The notes beneath the pieces are model-generated. The model was not told where the DNA came from. It saw only the letters and a list, made by a program, of their open reading frames with translations, and ran no database searches. From Catajapyx aquilonaris (Eukaryota), in contig JYFJ02001557.1 in the NCBI GenBank assembly GCA_000934665.2, positions 1 to 64,000 of the forward strand: a stretch of 64,000 bases of DNA. The letters are read 5' to 3'. How positions within the stretch are numbered: position 1 is the stretch's first letter; each line of letters opens with the position of its first letter. The position numbers and the translations under genes are program-made. This document shows, one piece after another, positions 39,753 through 49,121 of the stretch.

Positions 39753-41193
39753 ACCCGTGTGAACAATCGATGTCCTCCCACTCTGACCATAGACACCAGC
39801 AATTTGTACTATCCACAGACTTAGCCGGTCCGCCTTCCTCAGTGTTTACAATGTCCAATTCCATATTGGCATGGTTGGGTGGTGCCAAACTTGGCGGTAA
39901 TTCCACTAGAAAACGATTCATTTCCTGAGCTTAAACTGAAAGCCCCAGAGCGTTACACCTCAACTAGATTTAGTTCTCTCCGGATGAGAATAACAGGGAC
40001 TGGTAATTGGACTCCAGGGATGTCGAATAAGTAAAAAATATTTTGGCAATTTTTCCAACAAAATACAATTTTTGGTACCAAGACGCTGATCCCTATTGGA
40101 TGTCGATTCACTATATGCCGCTCACTGCCACAGCCATTCATCATCGAGCTGAAGGTTCAAAAAAAATTCTATGGCAGAGTAAAGCAAGTGTCATGGCGGC
40201 TCAACTGGTTATCCAGAGCGGGAAAACTGATTAGGGAATTGGGCTCAAGCTGCTAAGAATCACAATGGGGGAACCTACAGCATTTTTTTGCGTTGGAAGC
40301 TCCAAGGGCGTTTTCTCGGTGTTGTGCACACTGCCATGCAACAGGCTTGTAAGTGCAAGTAGGTGAGGTCACACTTGGTAGCATCTATTCTAGCCTTTCA
40401 GATGAGCAGGTTGCCGACCTCGTTACTGACCCTAATTGCACCTTTTTTTCACACTTGCAGCACTCCTAAAGGGGCTACTGTGGTGCAACAGCTTCGTGGT
40501 GTAACCAGGCAAAACCTATTTTATGAAAAAACAAAAAAGGACCGAGTCCTATTTTTGCAACGATAGGCTAAATGGGCACACGTGCCATAATCTGAAACTA
40601 ACGCGTTACTATAGCAAAATCCTCTGTGAATACCACACCCTATGACGTAACACTATTACTCATCGACTAAAGCTGGCTAGAAGCCAGTTACGAAATTCGT
40701 GACGTACCCTAGATCGGGTGGTGGTCAAGTGCGACAGAAGCACGGGTGCATGGTCGAGTACCGTTCGTTAAACATATTTCATGGCTAACGGAATGAGCTC
40801 TTGAGCTCTTTTTTCTTCACTAACTTCGTGCGAGTGAGCACAGTGAACGGTCACTTCGAAGTGAAAGGGACAGTGTACGGTATTGCCTTTGAGCTGTCAC
40901 ATCAGCCGATAAAGGGGGTTCTATCAGTCTGAAATCACCGAGTATATCTCTTTTCCGCCACCAGAAGAAGACCTTATCTGCGGTTCAAGGAACGAAAGCA
41001 ACAGTAACACCGTTGCTATCTGTTTGCTTAGCGCCCTACAAACTGTGCTTTGTGATTCTATTGCATAGTAGCAGTTTCCGTACAATTCTGTTGTCATAAG
41101 CACTGGGGCAAATTGTGCGGTCAAATATGTTTACCACATATATTTTTTTCTCCAGGGGAAATTGGTTGGTCAACATATATAGTGAAGCAGCCT

Positions 41194-41266
41194 GAGAACA
41201 GTAACAAGTAACACGGTGTAGACAGGTGATACACCTGTCTACACCGTGTTACTTGTTACTGTTCTC
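41194..41266. repeat. Perfect 35-bp inverted repeat with a 3-nt loop
   Basis: GAGAACAGTAACAAGTAACACGGTGTAGACAGGTG, then ATA, then the exact reverse complement. Confidence 0.95.
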
Positions 41267-43362
41267 TGGCACTGAAGTAGTAATCAAAATTGCTGCTAAT
41301 ATTACGTTCGTTGGAATCAGTTCAGATCATAAATTGTAATTTCGCATTTTGACCCAGTGGCACAGAGGTCAATAGTTGAACTATTTTTACGGCCTACATG
41401 CTTCATAACGCCGATAACGGAAATGGGCAGGTCTTATGTGATATTACCAAGCACTGCAGAAAATGTGCAAGTGTGACCTAGGCATCGGTATTACAAGCGC
41501 GCAGGAGTAGGAATAGCCCCAAGGGGAATACAAACAAGTTCTTCACATCAGGCAAAACATGGGACATCTGTGTCGCATGTGTATATTTTCCTTCCGCTAT
41601 TCTCAACAATATTTACAGTGTTATGTACAAAAAAACATTCAACTGAATACACTCTTATACAGCCTGAATAACGTCAATTGAAAAACTCGGCATGCTAAAC
41701 GACTAATCAACACTTTCTACATGAGAAGGTAGTGTTACAAAGAGAGAAAACAAACCGCAAGTGTTCAAGGCTGTAGCCAATAAGGAGGGAGCATTTGTTC
41801 CAAAAAATTGTGCGATAATATCGCCAAAATAAAATGAACGTAATTTTTTTTTTCAATCGCGCGTGTTTATATGTCGAATATCTTCAGGTTATCTCCCGCC
41901 TTCGGCTACGGCCTTCATAGTAACCTCATTCACAACAAATGTGTCAAATTATTATCAGTCTACACATGTCGGATACATTCACGGTATCGGTGGCAAAAGG
42001 TCGACCGAAATTGTCGCCATAGTTTTGCCATTGACCTTCCCTTCAAACTCTCGCATTTACGTTCTTTTCATATTTTTTTATTAAATATATACAATGTTCT
42101 AAATAGCTACATTGCACCTCGTGCCCTTCCTAGGCATCGAACCCAGGTCCTATCCAGGACGGGGCCGTTTGGTGCGATTCCAGAAAATTTGCGACTTCTC
42201 TTCATGTCAAAAAAAAACACGGTAAGACACACGGAAAATGTGCTAAAAAGTGCAAAAATTAGATCGTATGCAAAGGCAAGGCGAATGGTGGAACCATTTC
42301 TGATCAAACTGAAGAGAGTGCGTGCCGTACGTTCTACTAATAGGACTAGATGCTTGCAAATAATGGGGCTCTATAACTGACAGTTTGATAGTCGGTAGAT
42401 ATGTGGCAAATGTAGCCTCTGCTATCCTGAGTTTTTTTTTTAAATAACACAAAAATTACCATGGGAGAAAACACGACTCTCTATTAATCTATCGTCTGGA
42501 TCTATTTTTGTTTAAAAACAATACCAAATGGTTCCGCCATTAGGTTTAAAAAAAAAAAACCTCCAGTGGACACAATTGGAACACTTCAGTATGGTAACAA
42601 AGTGCTATAGTTTACCCATGGTTGTGGTGTCGCAAAAAGCATTGTACTACGATTGGACCAAGACTTATTTGTTCAGGCCACAGATTTCCTCAAAAAACAG
42701 TCTAAAGTGGAAGAGATGACTGTATTGCAAGATTGATTAAAAAACGTACACAACAAGGCAACATTATTGTTGGCGTGGTCAATTTTCAAGTACATGACCC
42801 TATGAATCGGACGTTTGTCAGTGCTAATAGATGGAATAGTACACGTTTTTTTTTCTCCGCCAAGGTACTCTCCAAGTCACTTGTTGTAGCCATAGCTACG
42901 TGTACATTTAAAACTGCATGGAAAAAGTTGGTCCAACCATTCTACCGACTCGGCATACCAGAAACAAACTACTAAACACTACTTGGTTTTTCTGCTTGAC
43001 TTGACGCTACTTTCGTAGCAAACACAAATAAAAACACGTACATCTTGTGTATTCTAACCACAAGAAAGGAATTTTGTGTCCTGGGTGCCCTAGTGCCATG
43101 TTTTTTGACAACTAGTCAGGCTGAGAGTCATACGGGCTCCAGGAACCCCCAAAACACAAGAAGAAACATTCTCACACTAAAAAAATGGTTCTAATTACTA
43201 TTAAAGAATTAATAAGACATAAAAGTGGGGGTTATTATCACAGTCGTAGCAAATATGGCTGCCATCTGAAGATTGGGTGGGGTGCACATATTTGCAGACG
43301 GCAGGGGTATATAGTTCTTTTTCTTTTCTAGCTGCGGGGCCATCATCAAGCACCACAATGAT

Positions 43363-43365
<3 letters not shown>

Positions 43366-43392
<27 letters not shown>
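43366..43392. repeat. (CT)n microsatellite
   Basis: Seen directly. Confidence 0.9.
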
Positions 43393-43395
<3 letters not shown>

Positions 43396-44322
43396 TCCTC
43401 GGCCAGGGTAGTCCTGTCCCCCAAATAAGGAACTGACGGGGTCTATTCTCCCCAGCAGGCACTAAACAGTGTTGCCACGTTTTTCCCCCTACACCTGCCC
43501 AACCCAACCTTATTTTTTTTTTTGTTTCCCCGCTCCCCCACATACCACCCACTACCAACTGAGCTGCTCTTGTCAGACTGCGGCATTCACACGGTCTACT
43601 GCCCCTATCGGAATACACCGGTACAGAATGGAATCTTTTCAAAAATGGTGACAATAAACAGCATCAAAATATGCTGGTTGGATAATTCAAACAATGGGTA
43701 GATTTTTCCGTTCTTCTTGTCAAGATTCTGGTTACTAGTTGTTGACAGCAGTACTGCTAACTAGGATGAAGAAAATCCGACCCAATGCACTGTTTTTAGT
43801 GATATATTTCCGTCCGGGTAACGTCGGTGCCTGTATTATATATAAGGTGGTGCACTGCCCTAGTCTCCAGTTCAAGTGAGGATTAAGTGCACTTAATCTC
43901 TTGAACTGGAGACTACAGTAGTGTACCACCATATATACTTCACACTAGTGGCAATCATGCCTGGTTGGTGTCCCTGATGGCAGCACCAATCCACAATGAT
44001 ATGCAATCAAGGGAGCATCGGCTCCTGAGCCAATAAACCACGTGAAGGCCGCTTCCGGACAGGGGTCTGGACGGTCTAGTGTCTTTGGGAGACAAATCTT
44101 GGAACCCCACCCCTCCCGTCCCGGCGACCCGAACAGTCCAAGCGATGCACAGACAGCAGCAGCCGAAGAAGCATCAGCAGCATCGGTGGCCAGCAAGTCG
44201 CAGTTCAGATAGGAAGTCTAATGGCGCCTGCAGCAGCTGCAGCACCGCCTCCAGCACGACCACCACCACCACCATCGGGCATCAGCCGTGGGCTCTGGGG
44301 AAGGGGGAGCGGGGGGTCAACT

Positions 44323-44931
44323 TTACCTGGCCTTCTTCTTGCCCTGCTTGGCCATCTTACGGCGCTTGAGAATCATCTCATAGAGAGCCTCCAGCCCTTC
44401 GTCCAAGCCCTCGCCGATGATGGCACAGGCCGGCTGCACGTGCCACAGGTGTCCCGGCCCCAGCTCGTGTAGACCCAGCATCTTCTCGATCTCTTGGGGC
44501 TCCTTGGCTCCGGGCAAGTCCTGCTTGTTGGCCAGCACCAGTATGGGCACCCCAGCGTTGTCGGGCGCCCTGGCCGTCCGCTGCAGTTCCATCTTCGCCT
44601 CCTCCATGCGCTCCACGTCCACTGAGTCCAGGACGAAGACAATGCCGTCGGTACACCGGGTGTAGCTCTTCCATAGGGGCCGAAGCTTCTCCTGACCACC
44701 CACGTCCCAAACAAGGAAGCTGATGCCCTTTGCTCGACCTGACGTACCCTTCACTTTCTCACAATTGAACCCGATGGTGGGCACCGTGTTCAAATACTGG
44801 TCGAACTTCAGCCGGTACAAAGCGGTGGTCTTACCGGCACTGTCAAGCCCCAGCATTACCACGTGTAGGGTGCCCTGGGTGGAGGGCAGCGCCTCCAACA
44901 GGGACGAACCCTTGCCCATGTTGGCGCCCAT
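44323..44931 (-). CDS. ARL4: ADP-ribosylation factor-like protein 4 (ARL4A/ARL4C-like small GTPase), uninterrupted CDS, 202 aa
   Basis: N-terminal MG myristoylation start, G1 [15 protein letters not shown]3 [23 protein letters not shown]4 [12 protein letters not shown], and a basic C-terminal tail ([14 protein letters not shown]) typical of ARL4. GC-rich third codon positions. Confidence 0.97.
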   Translation of the reverse strand: MGANMGKGSSLLEALPSTQGTLHVVMLGLDSAGKTTALYRLKFDQYLNTVPTIGFNCEKVKGTSGRAKGISFLVWDVGGQEKLRPLWKSYTRCTDGIVFVLDSVDVERMEEAKMELQRTARAPDNAGVPILVLANKQDLPGAKEPQEIEKMLGLHELGPGHLWHVQPACAIIGEGLDEGLEALYEMILKRRKMAKQGKKKAR

Positions 44932-45706
44932 GCCTGACAGCAGGGGCCCTTCAGGCCATGGTTGAGGTCACAGTTCAACACCGCACAGAACAACTTCCAC
45001 CCCGGACCCCCCCGGCCCCCCACTGGGGGCCCCCCTTCCGCCACCACACAGCACACGGAGGGATCAATGCAGGGTGATGCACTGACTGCGGGCTGACGGC
45101 AGAATGAGGATCTGGCTTACCCAATACCCCGAAAGTGCCCCCACTCCTACTGCTTACACATCGGGCCACCACGGCAGCACCTGTCCGCCGATTCTAGCGA
45201 CACACAGCTGCTCTGGGGATAACCAATCTAAACAATGCGCATTACGGGATTATTCCATGAGTTGGGGGGATTACTTCATCGATTTCTGTACCCTGTAGTC
45301 AATATCCAATTGGTCTGTTTCTGTGGATAGATCAATTGATATCGTCTGCCTGTGGGTTGAGTGTCTGAATTTGTGATGAGTTATTACCGGGGGGGGGGGG
45401 GGTTGTTATTGACATCCAAGACATAGACTCCTCTGCTAGAACATGAGACAAGAATAACTCGGGGTAACATGAAAAAGCTCTCTCAAAACCCTAGCGCCCA
45501 TTGTGCGTGGACTATTCATATAAATCCCATAACTCTTGTCCTCTGCTGAATACTGCTCACATATACGACACGGAAACCGGCTTCTGAAGGCAGGGAAGCT
45601 CTAGATTGCACTTTCGTCTATTGTAATCATAGTAAGCATAAGAGACGAAATTTTATGCAAGAAGCTCGCGTCACCAGACTCGTATATTGACCAGAATGCA
45701 TACATG

Positions 45707-45785
45707 TACTATGGGGCTCAATTGTTTTGGCCACTCAGTTTTGTCTGGTCTTGAAGCAACCCTTCGCACAGGCCCCACGTTGAGC

Positions 45786-45821
<36 letters not shown>

Positions 45822-45881
45822 CGGGTTGCTTCAAGACCAGGATAAAGTGGCCAAAACGATTTGATCCCCATAGCCATAGTA
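45707..45881. mobile_element. MITE family C, copy 2 (longer internal GT repeat)
   Basis: Same arms as 10583-10727 (ttttggccact...tcttgaagcaaccc); TA-flanked; lies in the candidate ARL4 5' intron. Confidence 0.85.
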
Positions 45882-45949
45882 GCCTACGTAGGCTAATAAG
45901 AGTAGTGTGGAAAAGGTGGAATAAACTGTGACACGTGCGACTTACTTAC

Positions 45950-45986
45950 CAACCGGAAGCACTTGAGCATTTCGGTTGGCTGACTG
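45950..45986 (-). other. Candidate non-coding first exon of ARL4 (intron about 45949-45213)
   Basis: Minus strand: Inr-like CAGTC near 45985, donor TTG|GTAAGT at 45950/45949, acceptor ttatccccag| at 45213 ahead of the GC-rich leader of the ARL4 CDS. Confidence 0.5.
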
Positions 45987-48900
45987 TGCAATCGCCGCAT
46001 GCTGGAAGTTTACATGTGGCGACATATCCATGACTAGAATTTCACGGATGCCGATGCTCTCTCTTAAGTGTATGTTTCCATAATCAGAGTGCAGGAAATA
46101 AATAATGAAAACGAAAGACCTGATTATATACGTGAGACGAAAGCAATGATGTCTTTATACGCAAATTTTCTGGCTGACGAGACGCAGTTCCAGTAGACAA
46201 TAATATACTCGTAGTTTGCCATTCGTACAGTAAATGTCATGAAGTAGGCCTAATGCAGAAAAGTGAGCGTATTTTCTTTTTCACTTGGGAAAATGGTAAT
46301 ATTTTTAAATTTCCTTTTTCCCGTAATAGTGCGCCTAACTAGCAGATAACCTTGTATTGAGATATCCCTAAATTGCGTCACGGTGCTGGGAAGTGGGAAG
46401 GCGACGCCAGTGTGACAGACCATATCGTCACGCTCGAACTAATAAAGTGAGGTATTCGAACAATTTGCGACGAGTGTAGTGAAAAGCATTGTAGATGTAA
46501 AAACCGAAAGTTAGGTACGGGTCTCGCAGCAGCGTGACGTACTTTTGGAGGAGGGTCGAGCCCACAAGGCGCGACTGTACGTCAGGGGATAGTGGTACAG
46601 CCTGAAAAAATTGCCAAATCAGTGTCATGTACTTTTATATGGGCATTTTCTTGCGTATAGTGCCCATTTGTAGGCCTACCTCATATAGGATGTCCATTGC
46701 TTAAGAGCATCTTCCCAGACAAATATTGCACACAAATGGATGCAAACCAATACACCCTATGTCTTATCCCACAGAGGTCAAACTATCACCAAGGTCTCAA
46801 ACTTGGCAAATAAGGAACGCCGCCGTCTGGCTGATGAGATAAAGCTTCCTTAGTCATCATTAAGCCACATCGCCTTCGAGGTCACATCGCTATTGCTGCA
46901 GTACCCACCAACTGTACCGGCACTCAATGGAGGAATCTGCATCTGCAGTCCATCATGTCCGGATAGTGTCCCAGCACCACATTGTTCCCTCAAATCCCAG
47001 ACAGCAGGTTGCTAACGAGCGCTTTCCTTCCCTGTGTGGTCTAATTAGCCCATCAATTCACTGGGAAGTGAGATGAAGGAGATTAGCTGTGCAGCAGACT
47101 CAAATACTTAGAGGAAGTGAGGAAGGAAGGTTTGCAGGCGTCACCTAGACTTGGGCGAGCCAGCCTGTCACCATCCCTCTCTGGGACATCTGACACTTTT
47201 TTTTTAACCCTAGAGTCAGAAGCATCCGCCGGAGGAGACGTCCCCCTCCTAACTAGTTGCTAGACGTTGCTTCTCTTCAGGCAGACAAATATTTCACTTC
47301 TAAACAACTGTGTATAATTAGGCGGTGTAGGGAGCTTTGTGAAGAGAGGCTCTTCCCGAACTTTGCCTGAATACAAGGCAAGTTGTCTGTTGCAAGATAT
47401 AGTTACTGCAGGGTAGCAAAAATTAGTTAGCTAGTTACTGCACGCAGCGAGTGAAATTAAAATTATATTGCGTTACTTGTCTAAAGAAATTATTGCGTCG
47501 GGATAAAATTTTTGATTCGTATCCTTACCAACAAAATATAGACTTTGGCCCATCCTTTACGTGTCATGTCACGACTAGGCCTTTTCGTCTATAGGGACTA
47601 TTAGTTCTACAGTATATCCTGTATTAGGCCTACTTGTGTACTGTACTACTCTGTTGAGGATTCCTGATGTGGCAACGAGGGATTTCCCGCCTTCTTGCTG
47701 CCATTCATTCAGTTCATGCGATTACCGCTGGGAGCGCCATCTCCTGTAGGGTTTGTTGTGGTTCTATCAAGAGCCCTGGTGGGAGTTTTTACAAACTTTT
47801 GACTTGAATCCACCCACCACCCCCTCCCAGCTTATGGAACGTAATACCAAGTAATACTGTGTTGCCATACTGTGTAGTATGGTAATGCTTGTTTTCCATG
47901 ACGCGTTGTTATATGCTTATATCATAATTATCGTCCATGATATCGGAGGATGCCCTTCAGTAAGCTCAGGAAAAAAAAAGCTTAGGTTAGGAATTTACAT
48001 CAAATAATATAAATAGCTAATAACTCTTGATAATATTAATAAGTCATTTGCAAAAAATAGAGTGTAATACAGTACTGTACCAATGTACTTCTTACACCTT
48101 ACGCCAGTTGCTTCAGATAATTTGTTATTAGATCTACGTTGTTTCAAGTACCTGCATTTGAGGGTTTTTTTATTAAAGTAGTCTGTACAGTACAGTGTCC
48201 TATGCAGAAGGCTTCAATGCTTCAATGACAGGACCGGATGGTACAGTGATATTTGCGCCATCTCTTGAATGGGACATGAGTTTCTTTGATTTTCCATGCA
48301 GTAACCCCCTCTCTTTTTATCCATTATTACTATAGAAAAGCGAAAAACGGTACTTGCTACCATTGGCTACCAGAACGGGAATTATAAACGTTCACCATTT
48401 TGCTCCGACGTAATCATGCAGCATGTTAATAATTGCTTATTATTTCCGCATTTTAATGAGTTTTGTCTTCATTTTTGCCTTTGATACAGATACCACGGTA
48501 TTAGAGTGGGATATTTCTGAAAGCTTCATACGGGTGTTCATTTTCATGATAGGGCCTACCGTATATTAGTTTATTGTGCAATTATTTCGCTTTATTATTA
48601 GCTTCCTATTAGTGGATTCTTCTAAGATTTCCTCAGTTAAACTCCCCATCATTGGTCCGACTAATTATTATTATTTATTATTGTCATTGTTTAAAAATTG
48701 CGATACTTCAGCAATTCGGCGTCGGTTGGTAAACATACTCACTAGGGACTATAGCCTATACTTTCTACCAGCTCATTTGCTGGAATTGACGGAATGTGTA
48801 CCAAAATCTACAATAAGATGATGATGATGATAATTGTTGTTGTTCAGATTGGAAGAGCTAATGCAGATCAGACATTTTATTAATGACGTCAAATAATTGC

Positions 48901-49029
48901 AGACTGTCAAATTCACCTGACTAGGGTGGCTAAGGTGGCAACCCTGCCTAGTTGGGCGTATGAAAGGCCTTGAGTTGACTGGATATGTGTTGGAGCTGCT
49001 AACCTGCTATTGCCTTTCAGTGCGGCCTT

Positions 49030-49075
49030 CTGTTATCAGTGGTATCCCGTGATACCACCGCCTTCAGTGTCAAGT
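49030..49075 (+). promoter_or_regulatory. Putative SELENBP1 core promoter (TCAGT initiator motifs)
   Basis: TCAGT at 49036 and 49064, 50-80 nt upstream of the ATG, matching the arthropod Inr consensus. Short motif, so inference only. Confidence 0.4.
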
Positions 49076-49114
49076 GTAAGGCTGCGTCGCTGACACCCAA
49101 TCTTCTCGTCCAAT

Positions 49115-49121
49115 ATGGCCA
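49115..49121 (+). CDS. SELENBP1: SELENBP1 coding exon 1 (ATG GCC A, phase 1)
   Basis: aatATGGCCA|GTGAGT strong donor. Phase 1 matches the exon 2 acceptor and gives MANTAGPGY. TCAGT Inr-like motif about 50 nt upstream. Confidence 0.7.

Noticed and set aside
34548..42380. Longer ORFs 34548-35039 (163 aa) and 41871-42380 (169 aa)
   Set aside because: No recognisable domain or coding-like composition; the first starts at GTG, and both overlap repeat-like sequence.
44373..44965. Overlapping ORFs in other frames and on the opposite strand of ARL4
   Set aside because: Expected shadows of a GC-rich CDS.
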